NCBI GenBank assembly: GCA_045616445.1
Contig: JAZLGR010000017.1
Span: forward strand, 2,202 to 66,201
DNA length: 64,000 nucleotides
From: Candidatus Fimousia sp.
GTDB lineage: Bacteria > Bacillota > Clostridia > Lachnospirales > Lachnospiraceae
Direction of reading: 5' to 3'
Part shown: positions 19,512 to 30,302 of the stretch, piece after piece
Position numbering within the stretch: position 1 is the first letter of the stretch
How the letters are laid out: each line of letters opens with the position of its first letter
Notes under the pieces: model-generated
The model's input: only the letters and a program-made list of their open reading frames with translations
Told to the model about the DNA's origin: nothing
Database searches by the model: none
Made by a program: the position numbers and the translations under genes

Positions 19512-21488
19512 TTATTCTTCTGTTGGCTGATCTGTAGGTTCTTCCACTACAGGTTCTTCTACTGCCTGTTCCACAACCTCTACTGCTTCCACTTCAGCTA
19601 CAACCTGAGCTGCTTCTGCCTGGGCTGCCAGGACGCGGTCGCCTTCCACCTCTTTTAAGATCTTCATGAATTCCTTACCGGTGATGGTTTCCTTCTCAAG
19701 AAGGAATTCTGCCACACGGTCTAAGATATCCATGTTGTTCATAATCAGAGTGACTGCCTTCTGATATGCGTCATTGACAATCTGCATAACTTCTTTGTCG
19801 ATTTCTGCTTCTGTCACTTCAGAACATTCTAATACACGGCGTCCATCTAAGTACTGGCCCGCGATTCGTTCTAATCCAACTACACCGAAGGTATCAGACA
19901 TACCATACTGGGTAACCATAGCTCTTGCGATGGCTGTTGCACGCTCGATATCATTGGATGCACCGGTTGTCACAGAATGGAACTTGATCTGTTCTGCAGC
20001 ACGTCCACCGTAGAAGGATACCAGATCTGCCAGCATCTCGTCTTTGGTCTTTAAGTACTTCTCTTCTTCCGGTGTCTGCATGGTGTAGCCAAGGGCTCCC
20101 ATGGTTCTTGGTACGATGGTAATCTTCTGAACCGGTTCGGAATTCTTCTGAAGGGCCATAACGAGGGCATGTCCGACTTCGTGGTATGCAACCACGCGTT
20201 TTTCCTGCTCGCTCATGATACGGTCTTTCTTTTCCTTACCTGCGATAACTACTTCAACCGCTTCAAATAAATCCTTCTGAGATACCGCCTTACGGCCTTC
20301 CTTAACGGCTAAGAGGGCAGCTTCATTGACCATATTGGCAAGGTCTGCACCTACTGCACCGGAGGTTGCAAGGGCAATTTCTTTGAGATCTACGGTTTCA
20401 TCCATATGTACATCCTTGGAATGTACTTTTAAGATTTCAATACGTCCCTTTAAGTCAGGGCGTTCTACAACGACACGACGGTCGAATCGGCCTGGTCGTA
20501 ATAATGCTTTATCCAGTACTTCCGGACGGTTGGTTGCAGCCAGGATGATGATACCCTTAGAGCTGTCAAATCCATCCATCTCAGCAAGTAATGCATTCAG
20601 TGTCTGTTCACGTTCGTCATTGCCACCGCCAAAACGAGTGTCTCGACTCTTACCGATGGCATCGATTTCGTCAATGAAGATGATACATGGTGCCACATCC
20701 TGTGCCTGTTTGAACAAATCACGTACACGGGATGCACCTACACCAACGAACATTTCTACAAAGTCAGAACCGGAAAGGAAGAAGAATGGTACGCCTGCTT
20801 CCCCGGCAAGTGCTTTCGCCATTAATGTTTTACCAGTTCCCGGAGGTCCCACCATCAGTGCACCCTTTGGAAGTCTGGCACCGATTTCCACGTAGCGTTC
20901 CGGATTGTTCAGGAAGTCTACCATCTCCATTAAGGATTCCTTGGATTCTTCCTGTCCTGCCACATCTGCGAAGGTTACGCCGGTTTCCTTTTCCATATAG
21001 AGCTTGGCATTGCTCTTGCCAACGCCCATGATACCGCCGCCACCTTTGCCGCCAACGTTACGCATCATCAGGAAGAAGAAGCCGTAGATCAATACGAATG
21101 GAAGTACCCAGGAAAGGATGACGGATGTAATCATCGCGGAAGCATCCTCTGGCTTCACATTGAATTTGGCTCCGGATTTCACCAGTCTTTCAACCACATT
21201 ATAATCACTGGCGAATGGAATGACGCGGTAGGTTGTCTTGGAGATTGGATTCTCCTGTTTCTTTGGTGTGACGATAAATCTGCCGTTTTCCGAAACAACG
21301 GACTCGATTTCATGATTTTCCATCATTGTAACAAATTTATCGTAAGTTATTTCTGTCTGAGTTCCCTTACTGTAACGGCTCATCAGCATATTCACAAAGG
21401 CTGTAAAAATCAGCGCAATGATTAAAACCACAACAATCGGTTTGATCTTTTTCATGTCGGGTTTGTTCTTTTTATCTTTATTATCCAA
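19512..21488 (-). CDS. ftsH: ATP-dependent zinc metalloprotease FtsH
   Basis: AAA Walker [12 protein letters not shown] region, HEVGHAL zinc site. TTG start 7 nt after GGAGGG. Acidic C-terminal tail. Confidence 0.95.
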   Translation of the reverse strand: MDNKDKKNKPDMKKIKPIVVVLIIALIFTAFVNMLMSRYSKGTQTEITYDKFVTMMENHEIESVVSENGRFIVTPKKQENPISKTTYRVIPFASDYNVVERLVKSGAKFNVKPEDASAMITSVILSWVLPFVLIYGFFFLMMRNVGGKGGGGIMGVGKSNAKLYMEKETGVTFADVAGQEESKESLMEMVDFLNNPERYVEIGARLPKGALMVGPPGTGKTLMAKALAGEAGVPFFFLSGSDFVEMFVGVGASRVRDLFKQAQDVAPCIIFIDEIDAIGKSRDTRFGGGNDEREQTLNALLAEMDGFDSSKGIIILAATNRPEVLDKALLRPGRFDRRVVVERPDLKGRIEILKVHSKDVHMDETVDLKEIALATSGAVGADLANMVNEAALLAVKEGRKAVSQKDLFEAVEVVIAGKEKKDRIMSEQEKRVVAYHEVGHALVMALQKNSEPVQKITIVPRTMGALGYTMQTPEEEKYLKTKDEMLADLVSFYGGRAAEQIKFHSVTTGASNDIERATAIARAMVTQYGMSDTFGVVGLERIAGQYLDGRRVLECSEVTEAEIDKEVMQIVNDAYQKAVTLIMNNMDILDRVAEFLLEKETITGKEFMKILKEVEGDRVLAAQAEAAQVVAEVEAVEVVEQAVEEPVVEEPTDQPTEE

Positions 21489-21598
21489 ATGTTTACCCTC
21501 CTATATATACTCGCACAAAGGTACAAATGTAATTATATGAGTTTCCCATCTTAAAATCAATAAAACATTTCTAAAATATATATGAAAAATCGCCAATT

Positions 21599-23737
21599 TT
21601 AAAGGTTTTTCATAGATAATGCGATTCTTTTTTTCTTCACATCCACGCTTAATACCTTCACTTCCACCACATCTCCGATGGAAACAACATCCAGCGGATG
21701 CTTCACATAACGGTCAGCCAGCTGAGAGATGTGTACCAGCCCATCCTGGTGTACGCCGATGTCCACAAATGCCCCGAAATCGATGACATTCCTCACCGTT
21801 CCGGTTAAGATCATGCCTTCCTTCAGGTCTTCCATGGTCATGACATCCTTGCGAAGCAGCGGTTTTGGCATATCGCTTCGTGGGTCTCTGCCTGGCTTTT
21901 CCAGTTCGCTGAGCATATCGGCCAATGTCTCTGCCCCGATTCCAAGCTTTTCGGCCATGGCTTTTTTGTCTCTCACTTTTTTAGAGATACCAGCAAAGCC
22001 CTGTTCGGACAGTGCTTTTTGATCATATCCAAGCTCTTTTAACAGTTCTTCTGCTGCCTTATAGGATTCCGGATGAACTGCAGTGGCATCAAGTGGCTGT
22101 TTGCCGCCTCGAATTCGTAAAAATCCTGCGCACTGTTCAAAGGCCTTAGGGCCAAGCTTGGCAACCTTAAGGAGTTCCCGGCGAGTTTTGAAGGAACCCT
22201 GCTCTTCGCGGTAGAGAATAATATTCTTGGCAATGGTCTTGTTGATGCCAGATACGTACTCTAAAAGGGAAGCAGATGCAGTGTTGAGATCCACACCTAC
22301 ACGGTTTACAGTGTCTTCCACCACACCTGACAAGGCACCTTCTAACTTCTTCTGGTTCATATCATGCTGATACTGGCCCACGCCGATGGCTTTTGGCTCA
22401 ATCTTTACAAGCTCAGCCAGCGGATCCTGGACACGTCTTGCGATGGAGGCAGCGCTTCTCTGGCCCACATCAAAGTTCGGAAATTCTTCCTGGGCAAGCT
22501 TGCTTGCGGAACAGACAGACGCGCCAGCTTCATTGGTAATGATATAAGAAACGGGAATCTTGGCTTCAGAAAGCATCTCGGCAACAATAGCCTCAGATTC
22601 ACGGGAAGCCGTACCATTGCCGATGGAAATCAGGGTGATTCCATACTTTTTGATCATGGCTTTCACTGTCTTTTTCGCCTGTTCCACTTTATTCTGTGGC
22701 GCAGTTGGATAAACCACAACAGTATCTAATACTTTTCCTGTGGTGTCCACAACGGCCAGCTTACAGCCGGTACGGAGAGCCGGGTCCCAGCCAAGAACCA
22801 CATGTCCTGTAATCGGTGGCTGTAACAGAAGCTGTTCCAAGTTCTTTCCAAACACCCTGATGGCCTCATCCTCTGCTTTTTCTGTCAGTTCAGAGCGGAT
22901 CTCGCGTTCCACTGCAGGAAAGATCAGTCTCTTATAGGCATCCTCACAGGCTGCTGCCAGATACCCTTCCGTAGATGCATTGTTGCCACGAATGATCTTG
23001 CGTTTTAAGTAGGAAAGAATCTTTTCTTCTTCCACAGAAACCTTCACTGTAAGGATTTTCTCTTTTTCGCCACGGTTTAAGGCAAGAATACGATATCCGG
23101 GAATTTTGTTGATTCTCTCCTGGAAGTCATAGTACATCTCGTATACAGAATCCTCTGTGCCTGATTTCTTCTCAGATAGGATCAGGCCGTTTCGGAAAGT
23201 GAAATCACGGATATAGCGACGGTACTCTGCCTCGTCAGCCACATTCTCCGCGATAATATCAGATGCACCTGCGATGGCTTCAGCTACGGTTTTCACTTCA
23301 TCGGAAAGGTAGGCTTTCGCTTCCTCCTCCATGGATTTCTTCGTCATCTGCAGTGTCATAATGTTGGCCAGGCCCTCTAATCCCTTTTCGCGGGCAATCA
23401 TGGCTCTGGTTCTTCTTTTTTGTTTGTAAGGGCGGTATAAGTCTTCTAAGACAACCATGGTATCTGCTGCCTCAATCTGCTTCTTTAAATCTGCACTTAA
23501 TTTGCCCTGGGATTCGATGGATTTTAAGACTGTTTCCTTACGGGACTCCAGATTGCGGTAGTAAGTCAGACGTTCATCCAGATTTCGAAGCACCTCATCA
23601 TTCAATGACCCTGTTACTTCTTTTCGATAACGGGCAATGAATGGAATGGTGCAGCCCTCATCCATCAGTTTAATGGCAGCTTCAATCTGAGAGACTCTGA
23701 CGCCCAGCTCTTCGCTTAATTTTTGATTGATATCCAT
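21599..23737 (-). CDS. tex: Tex-like transcription accessory protein (S1 RNA-binding domain)
   Basis: 712 aa. N-terminal IPFIARYRKE motif, YqgF-like and HhH regions, and a C-terminal S1 domain (GTVRNVIDFGAFVDIG). Confidence 0.9.
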   Translation of the reverse strand: MDINQKLSEELGVRVSQIEAAIKLMDEGCTIPFIARYRKEVTGSLNDEVLRNLDERLTYYRNLESRKETVLKSIESQGKLSADLKKQIEAADTMVVLEDLYRPYKQKRRTRAMIAREKGLEGLANIMTLQMTKKSMEEEAKAYLSDEVKTVAEAIAGASDIIAENVADEAEYRRYIRDFTFRNGLILSEKKSGTEDSVYEMYYDFQERINKIPGYRILALNRGEKEKILTVKVSVEEEKILSYLKRKIIRGNNASTEGYLAAACEDAYKRLIFPAVEREIRSELTEKAEDEAIRVFGKNLEQLLLQPPITGHVVLGWDPALRTGCKLAVVDTTGKVLDTVVVYPTAPQNKVEQAKKTVKAMIKKYGITLISIGNGTASRESEAIVAEMLSEAKIPVSYIITNEAGASVCSASKLAQEEFPNFDVGQRSAASIARRVQDPLAELVKIEPKAIGVGQYQHDMNQKKLEGALSGVVEDTVNRVGVDLNTASASLLEYVSGINKTIAKNIILYREEQGSFKTRRELLKVAKLGPKAFEQCAGFLRIRGGKQPLDATAVHPESYKAAEELLKELGYDQKALSEQGFAGISKKVRDKKAMAEKLGIGAETLADMLSELEKPGRDPRSDMPKPLLRKDVMTMEDLKEGMILTGTVRNVIDFGAFVDIGVHQDGLVHISQLADRYVKHPLDVVSIGDVVEVKVLSVDVKKKRIALSMKNL

Positions 23738-23785
23738 AATTTATATCTTCCTTTATCCTTATTTTCTTTTTCACGATGAAACAAT

Positions 23786-23814
23786 GAAAAACCGGCCAGA
23801 ACAGCCGGTTTTTC
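23786..23814 (-). terminator. intrinsic terminator after the dCMP deaminase gene
   Basis: AAAAACCGGC...GCCGGTTTTT hairpin. Confidence 0.7.
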
Positions 23815-23820
23815 TCATAT

Positions 23821-24309
23821 TTAAAGTTTTAAAAATATCTCTTTTTCTTCTTCATGATACTGACGGTAGGTTACCCCTGCCATATCGAACATCATCTTGG
23901 AAGCTTTGGTGCCTGGAGTGTCTGCATATTTGTCAGAGAAGTAAACCACTTCTTTGATGCCCTTCTGGATGATGGCTTTCGCACATTCATTGCAAGGGAA
24001 TAAGGTTACGTAGCAGATGGAATCACGAAGACTTCCGCCACTGTAATTTAAGATTGCATTGAACTCTGCATGGCACACAAACATATACTTTGTTTCTAAT
24101 GGATCATCGCCCTCACGGCCCCATGGCATATCGTCGTCGTCACAGCCAATTGGCATGCCATTATAACCCATAGATAAGATCTTATGATCTCTGTTTACGA
24201 TACATGCACCGACCTGTGTGCTTGGATCCTTGCTTCGCATGGCAGCAAGCTGTGCCACACCCATGAAATACTGATCCCATGTAATATAATCTTCTCGTTT
24301 ACCAGCCAT
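23821..24309 (-). CDS. deoxycytidylate (dCMP) deaminase
   Basis: HAEFNAI and PCNECAK zinc motifs. Start moved to ATG 24309 (MAGKRED), 8 nt after GGTGGAGG. Confidence 0.88.
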   Translation of the reverse strand: MAGKREDYITWDQYFMGVAQLAAMRSKDPSTQVGACIVNRDHKILSMGYNGMPIGCDDDDMPWGREGDDPLETKYMFVCHAEFNAILNYSGGSLRDSICYVTLFPCNECAKAIIQKGIKEVVYFSDKYADTPGTKASKMMFDMAGVTYRQYHEEEKEIFLKL

Positions 24310-24330
24310 CAAAATGACCTCCACCAGAAA

Positions 24331-25842
24331 TTATTCTTCAACAGCTGCTTCTTCTGCATCAATGCCTAATGCAGCTAATCTTGCAGCTTCTTTTTCAATT
24401 AATACATTGTATAATTCTTCGTAACGAACTTTGGATGCATTCCAGGAGAAGTCTTTGTTCATGCCACGTTCTACTAATTCGTTCCAGCCCTTCTTATAGC
24501 GGTAGAATAAGTCTTTTGCAGCGTTCACAGCATCTAACATTTCGTTCGCATCGTAGTTTGTGAAGGAGAAACCGTCACCCTTCTTGTTTTCTGGTCCGTA
24601 AGGGATGATTGTATCTGCTAAACCACCAGTTTTACGTACGATTGGAGCTGTACCGTAACGGAAGGAGATTAACTGAGTTAATCCACAAGGTTCGAAACGG
24701 GATGGCATTAAGAATGCATCTGCTGCAGCATATAACTTACGAGCTAATTTATCAGAGTAGAGGATATTGGCAGAAACATTCTCTGGATACATCTTCTGGT
24801 AATGTAAGAACATTGCTTCGTACTGTTCGGAGCCTGTACCTACAATAACGAACTGTGTATTTTCATCAACGATGCCGTCCATAACTTCTTCGATTAAGTC
24901 AAGACCCTTCTGGTCTGTGAGACGGGATACCAAACCGATCATGAACTTGCTCTTATCTTCTGGAAGACCTAATTCCTTCTGTAAAGCAAGCTTGTTCTTT
25001 AACATCTCTTTACGGAAGTTATCTTTGCTAAATGGATTGAAGATTGCAGGGTCATTCATTGGATCGTAGGAATCATAGTCGATACCATTCACGATACCGG
25101 ATAATTCATGTGCTCTTGCATTCAGGATACCCTGAAGACCTTCGCCATATTCAAATGTCTTGATTTCTTCTGCGTATGTATCGGAAACAGTTGTGATTAA
25201 ATCAGCGTATACAAGGCCACCCTTTAACATGTTACCATTGTTATAGAATTCTAACTTGTCACTTGTGAACATGTCATTGCCTAAGCCTGTGATTGCTTTC
25301 ATAGTAGGCACATCATAGATACCCTGGAATCTTAAGTTATGGATTGTCATGATTGTCTTGATTCCGTGGTAGAATGGGTTAGCCTGGAATTCATTATTCA
25401 GATATACAGGGATTAAACCTGTCTGCCAGTCGTGGCAGTGGATTACATCTGGTTTGAAATCAATGATTGGAAGGATAGATAATACTGCTTTAGAGAAGAA
25501 GCAGAACTTTTCGATATCCCATTTCATATCGGATGTATAAGGTGTGGAACCGCCAAAGTACATTAAGTTGTCGATGAAGTAGTACTTGATGCCGTCCATC
25601 TCATATTCCATGATACCAACATGAACATTGGAATTCACGCTGCCCTGGCTGGTAAAGAAATGTGTTACGTATTTGAATTCTTTGCGGTATTTTTCAGGAA
25701 TACATTCATAGTTAGGGATTACAACACGAACATCCCATTCATTCTGATCAAATTCCTTTGGTAATGCACCACAAACGTCTGCAAGTCCACCTGTCTTGAT
25801 AAAAGGCACGCATTCAGATGCAGCAAATAAAATCTTTTTCAT
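24331..25842 (-). CDS. glgA: glycogen synthase (ADP-glucose type)
   Basis: N-terminal MKKILFAASECVPFIKTGGLADV, a GT5 hallmark. Confidence 0.93.
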   Translation of the reverse strand: MKKILFAASECVPFIKTGGLADVCGALPKEFDQNEWDVRVVIPNYECIPEKYRKEFKYVTHFFTSQGSVNSNVHVGIMEYEMDGIKYYFIDNLMYFGGSTPYTSDMKWDIEKFCFFSKAVLSILPIIDFKPDVIHCHDWQTGLIPVYLNNEFQANPFYHGIKTIMTIHNLRFQGIYDVPTMKAITGLGNDMFTSDKLEFYNNGNMLKGGLVYADLITTVSDTYAEEIKTFEYGEGLQGILNARAHELSGIVNGIDYDSYDPMNDPAIFNPFSKDNFRKEMLKNKLALQKELGLPEDKSKFMIGLVSRLTDQKGLDLIEEVMDGIVDENTQFVIVGTGSEQYEAMFLHYQKMYPENVSANILYSDKLARKLYAAADAFLMPSRFEPCGLTQLISFRYGTAPIVRKTGGLADTIIPYGPENKKGDGFSFTNYDANEMLDAVNAAKDLFYRYKKGWNELVERGMNKDFSWNASKVRYEELYNVLIEKEAARLAALGIDAEEAAVEE

Positions 25843-25921
25843 TTATAATCTCCTCCTGAGCATTTTATAAACTGTGTATATATATTTCGTCCTAATCATA
25901 ATAATTATATCAAAACGCCCA

Positions 25922-26437
25922 CTATTTGTAAAATTCTTTCGCTTCCTCCACATACAAATCAGCATTCCACTGATTGTGTGTGACAGCCTCTTCCAGAAGG
26001 GCTTTTACTGGTTTTGCAGGTCGGCCAAATGCCATCATGCCGTCTGGAATCACAGTGCCTCCTGTGACTAAGGATCCTGCTCCAATGAGGCAGTTTTTCC
26101 CGATTTTAGCCCCATTTAAGACGATGCTTCCCATGCCGATGATGGTATTATCTCCCACCTCACAGCTGTGAAGCAGTGCCATATGTCCTACCGTCACCCC
26201 TTCTCCAAGCACCATAGGTTCGCCCGGATCCACGTGAAGGACGCATCCATCCTGAATGTTAGTGCGATTGCCGATGGTGATGCTGTATCCATCTTCCTGT
26301 TCCTTGTGGGCCAATCCTCGTACAACAGCGTGATACCACACGCTTGCCTCTTCACCCACATATACGTCGCCTACCACGTCTGCGTCATGTGCAATTTTCG
26401 CGCTTCCTGCAATGACTGCCTTTGCTAATTCACTCAT
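25922..26437 (-). CDS. gamma-carbonic-anhydrase-like / hexapeptide-repeat protein
   Basis: Left-handed beta-helix hexapeptide repeats with a His triad pattern (VLHVD..., VGHMALLHSC). Confidence 0.8.
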   Translation of the reverse strand: MSELAKAVIAGSAKIAHDADVVGDVYVGEEASVWYHAVVRGLAHKEQEDGYSITIGNRTNIQDGCVLHVDPGEPMVLGEGVTVGHMALLHSCEVGDNTIIGMGSIVLNGAKIGKNCLIGAGSLVTGGTVIPDGMMAFGRPAKPVKALLEEAVTHNQWNADLYVEEAKEFYK

Positions 26438-27134
26438 CTAACAATCCCCTTTCCCGAATCTCCTGTGCAAATGTCTCTGCCGTCCGTTCCAGAAACTGGC
26501 AAAGACGTTCTTTGGAGAAGACTCTGATGTCATCTTCCTTGCTGCGGTCGCAGCGACCCATGATCCAGCGAAGCTCTTTTAACACCACTGCCAGGTCTTC
26601 CTTGTTGACTTCCCCAATGGGGCAATCCGGAATCTCCCAATAGTTCTTCTCTAAATCCACATCATATTCCTCCACGAAGAAATTATTGAGCTTGGAATAG
26701 TCTCCATAATAATATTCTCCGGAGAAGAAGGTGTCGCGGTCGATGCGCAGCCCGTTCTTCTTGATTTCTGCCTTTGTAATGTTCTCTTTTTTGGTCTGTG
26801 GCACGCCTGCATCATCATAGAATGCCACCATGTCGAGCCAGTAGTCATGGACAAACCGCTCATCTAAAAACAGATGAGCATAGTACCCAAGCACCACCGG
26901 ATTCTTCAGTTGGTCTTCGTAGCGTTCCAGAAACAGATCAAGATCCGGCGCGATGGCCATATCCTCCAACGTATCCGGATTCCAGAAGTGGCTGGTTACC
27001 TTGGCTCTCTTCTTTTTTGTGTCGGGAAGCAGATTCCCCGCCATAAATTGTACTTTCCAGTCCTCATCCGCATCTGGACAAAGACGATCTATAATCAGAT
27101 TAGCCTCTGACATATGCATAATATATCCCGGCAT
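26430..27134 (-). CDS. hypothetical protein (His/Asp-rich, possible metal-dependent hydrolase)
   Basis: 234-aa ORF with AAAGGGG SD 8 nt before ATG 27134. It overlaps the downstream gene by 8 nt. I do not recognise a family. Confidence 0.6.
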   Translation of the reverse strand: MPGYIMHMSEANLIIDRLCPDADEDWKVQFMAGNLLPDTKKKRAKVTSHFWNPDTLEDMAIAPDLDLFLERYEDQLKNPVVLGYYAHLFLDERFVHDYWLDMVAFYDDAGVPQTKKENITKAEIKKNGLRIDRDTFFSGEYYYGDYSKLNNFFVEEYDVDLEKNYWEIPDCPIGEVNKEDLAVVLKELRWIMGRCDRSKEDDIRVFSKERLCQFLERTAETFAQEIRERGLLDE

Positions 27135-27185
27135 AATTTATTCCCCTTTTATCACTAAATGTACCATATTTGATAAGAATATCTA

Positions 27186-27836
27186 TTATAAAATATCTGT
27201 AAGCTCCCTAAGATTTGTGATCACATGGGTGAGCATCGGTTCCAAATCCTTAGTTGGCTGGGTCTGATCCGGTACCATCACTACCTTCGTGCCGGCACGA
27301 TAAGCCGCCAGGATGCCATTGGGTGCATCCTCCACTGCCATAGCCTCTGATGGATCCACGCCAAGCCTTTCGCAGGCATAGAGATAGACATCCGGGCATG
27401 GTTTTCCGTGTGCTAGCTCCGTTGCACAGATGATCATATTTTCATCAAAACACTCCCATATTCCTGCTTTGCTAAGATAAGACTTTGTTCTTTCAAAATC
27501 CCCTGCTGTTGCGATTCCGATTTTATACCCTTTGCCTTTTAAATAAGCGATGGTTTCTTCCACCCCCGGTTTCGCTTCAATTCCATGTTCTTCTATATAA
27601 ATATCCATAAGTTTTTTTCTCGTGGCACGAATTTCATCCAATGGAAAGCTTTCTCCAAAGATTTCTTCCATCTGCTCCTTTGCAAATGCTCTTGCAAGGG
27701 AGCGAAGCATCAATGCATGCTCTTTCTGAAACTCTGTTACCCCACACATATGGGCCGCTTCCTGCCACGCTGGAACAAATATTTTTTCTGTATCTAAGAT
27801 GGTTCCATCCATATCAAAAATAACTGCTTTGATCAT
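27186..27836 (-). CDS. HAD family hydrolase (beta-phosphoglucomutase-like subfamily IA)
   Basis: Motif I VIFDMDGTILDTE and C-terminal AVEDAPNGILAA. Confidence 0.85.
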   Translation of the reverse strand: MIKAVIFDMDGTILDTEKIFVPAWQEAAHMCGVTEFQKEHALMLRSLARAFAKEQMEEIFGESFPLDEIRATRKKLMDIYIEEHGIEAKPGVEETIAYLKGKGYKIGIATAGDFERTKSYLSKAGIWECFDENMIICATELAHGKPCPDVYLYACERLGVDPSEAMAVEDAPNGILAAYRAGTKVVMVPDQTQPTKDLEPMLTHVITNLRELTDIL

Positions 27837-28256
27837 TGTTTACCTTCCTTTTTTTAAGTATATGCTACCCATTATAGCTTGAAATTGGCATTTCGTGAAG
27901 TTATATAGGTATTCCCTATTGCCAGCCATATGTTTTCTGTATTATCCTATAACTACAAATCATGTTACCATATATCTACACAAGAGCGAAACACAGATAC
28001 ATGGAGGCGAGAGGCATGATTACATTTTTAGCAGGGAATATTACAGAAAATGAATGGACGCCATCTCTATTCAGACATCACAGTCTGTGACAGCATCGGC
28101 CACGAATCCATCGCAATTCCGGATTATTCCTATGTGATTGCGAAGGATGGTGTGGAATCTGTGAGAGGTCCATGGGGATATTATCAGGAGGGATTCTTCT
28201 GCGATCCATATACTGGTCCACAGGTAGCAGCCGCTTAAGAAAGAAAAGAGACGAAT

Positions 28257-29168
28257 ATGACATTTCAACAGTTGAATTATGCGATTACCATCGCAGAAAA
28301 AGGCTCCATGAACGAAGCCTCAAGAAAGTTATATATTTCCCAGCCAACCCTTTCAGAAAGCATCAGGGAGCTGGAATCCGAAATTGGCATTCAGTTATTC
28401 ATCCGCTCCAACCGCGGTGTCACCGTCACACCGGAAGGCGAGGAATTCCTGGCAAATGCCCGACAGCTTGCCAGCCAGTTTCGAAATTTGGAAGAGCTTT
28501 ATATAGAAAAAAAGAAAAAACAGATCTTCAGTGTGTCCATGCAGCATTACACCTTTGCCGTGAAGGCATTCATCGACACAGTGAAGTCTTTTGGCATTGA
28601 CAGTTTTGATTTTTCCGTCCAGGAAACAACGACCTACGATGTCATCATGAACGTGAAAAATCTCCGCAGTGAGTTAGGGGTCATCTACCTCAACGAATTC
28701 AACAAAAGCGGGCTGTTAAAGCTCCTTTCCCAGCATGGGTTAGAATTCATCCCCCTCTTTACCTGCGATATCTACGTCTATCTCTGGTCCGGTCATCCGT
28801 TAGCAAAGAAAGACAGCATCACTTTAGCTGATTTAGAGGCTTACCCTTGTCTCTCCTTTGATCAGGGCCGCAACGCCACCCCGTTCTTAGCAGAAGAGAT
28901 GTTAAGTGAGATGGAACACACCCGTCTCATTCGTGCCAACGACCGTGCAACCATGTTAAATCTGATGCACGGACTCAATGCATATACCTTATGCTCCGGT
29001 ATCATCTGCGAGGACTTAAACGGCGACAACTATTTGGCCATTCCTCTTGCAGAGAATGAATCCATGACCATTGGCTATATCAAGCGCCGCGGGGTGAAAT
29101 TAAGTAAAATCGGACAGGTATATGTGGACGAATTAAAGGAATATGAACATAAGGTAATCCGCGCTTAG
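28257..29168 (+). CDS. LysR family transcriptional regulator
   Basis: N-terminal HTH MTFQQLNYAITIAEKGSMNEASRKLYISQPTLSESIRELE. Confidence 0.9.
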   Translation: MTFQQLNYAITIAEKGSMNEASRKLYISQPTLSESIRELESEIGIQLFIRSNRGVTVTPEGEEFLANARQLASQFRNLEELYIEKKKKQIFSVSMQHYTFAVKAFIDTVKSFGIDSFDFSVQETTTYDVIMNVKNLRSELGVIYLNEFNKSGLLKLLSQHGLEFIPLFTCDIYVYLWSGHPLAKKDSITLADLEAYPCLSFDQGRNATPFLAEEMLSEMEHTRLIRANDRATMLNLMHGLNAYTLCSGIICEDLNGDNYLAIPLAENESMTIGYIKRRGVKLSKIGQVYVDELKEYEHKVIRA

Positions 29169-29189
29169 GCGCCCTGGAATTATGGTACC

Positions 29190-30221
29190 TTATCGTTTTT
29201 TCAGGAATCGATCCTTCAGTTTCATATATCTTACTTTGATAAAATTCCATTTATTTTCCATCTCTTGAGGCTTGATTCCATATTCCTCTAAGAGAGACTG
29301 ATCTTCCATCATGGCAAAGCAGTCATAGGCTTTATAGACCTTTCCGGCCATCATGTAGGCCTGGCCTTCCATGAACAGATAGAGATCATAATCACTTTTT
29401 TCATAGGCGGTGTGAAGATGTGCCGCACCGTCCTCCATATGACCTTTACTCACCAGTAACAGTCCCTTTAAGGCAATCAGATCAGAGGCTTCCGGCTCTA
29501 ATTTCAGTGCCTTATTGATCTGTTTTAATCCTTCTTTGACAAATCCTAAATGGTAGCAGGCCAGGGCCTGATAGTAATATCCATCTGGATTTTTCATTTC
29601 TCTGGCACTCAGCCTTTTGGCATAGGCTTCCAATGTCTTCAGATCGCGGATATCCTGACATTCTCCCTCCACCACAAGGCTGGCCCATCTCTCACAGGCC
29701 TCTCTGCAGGCTTTCTTATCCCGCAGCACTTTGGCAACAGTGTGGACACCGGCATTGTGATATCGCATCATCTGATTTTGTCCGGAATAGCCCTTCATAT
29801 ATCGATCAAGCACCCCATATCTGGCATCTTCCTCTTCAATTACCTCATACATCTGCTCTCCTGCAAACCAGTGCAGGGTCAGATTTTGTGCTTCTTCCGG
29901 CACCCAGACAGCATCGGAAGCATAGGCTTTTGCATTCCCCTCCAAGAACAGGGATGGAGTGTGCATCTTCGCGGACACCTCGGCTTTCTGATACCAGCCA
30001 ATCACCGTTGCAAGCTCATTAGCCACAAAGGCAAATGCTACCGGCACGTCTAACAGCGCCTCCGTATTCACAGCTGCCTCATAAAAGCTTGTCATATCGA
30101 TGACTGTCTCATCGGGATTGGTTCTGGATCTGGTGCAGGCATAGCAATAGCCGTTGTAGTCGAAAAATTCATTGAATGCCAGACTGTGTTCATCTTCTAT
30201 TTTAATCAGCAGAATTGCCAT
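29190..30221 (-). CDS. hypothetical protein with C-terminal TPR-like repeats
   Basis: 343 aa. The N-terminal ~200 aa are unrecognised. The C-terminal part has TPR-like helices (YYYQALACYHLGFVKEGLKQINKALKLEPEASD...). AAAGGAG SD before ATG 30221. Confidence 0.6.
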   Translation of the reverse strand: MAILLIKIEDEHSLAFNEFFDYNGYCYACTRSRTNPDETVIDMTSFYEAAVNTEALLDVPVAFAFVANELATVIGWYQKAEVSAKMHTPSLFLEGNAKAYASDAVWVPEEAQNLTLHWFAGEQMYEVIEEEDARYGVLDRYMKGYSGQNQMMRYHNAGVHTVAKVLRDKKACREACERWASLVVEGECQDIRDLKTLEAYAKRLSAREMKNPDGYYYQALACYHLGFVKEGLKQINKALKLEPEASDLIALKGLLLVSKGHMEDGAAHLHTAYEKSDYDLYLFMEGQAYMMAGKVYKAYDCFAMMEDQSLLEEYGIKPQEMENKWNFIKVRYMKLKDRFLKKR

Positions 30222-30233
30222 AAGAATCTCCTT

Positions 30234-30268
30234 TAAGAAAAAAACGCACTGGAAAAATCCCAGTGCGT
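30234..30268 (-). terminator. intrinsic terminator after rplL
   Basis: ACGCACTGG/CCAGTGCGT stem followed by U8 on the minus strand. Confidence 0.85.
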
Positions 30269-30302
30269 TTGATTGTTAAGAGTAAAGAATTGAAAATTAC
30301 AA

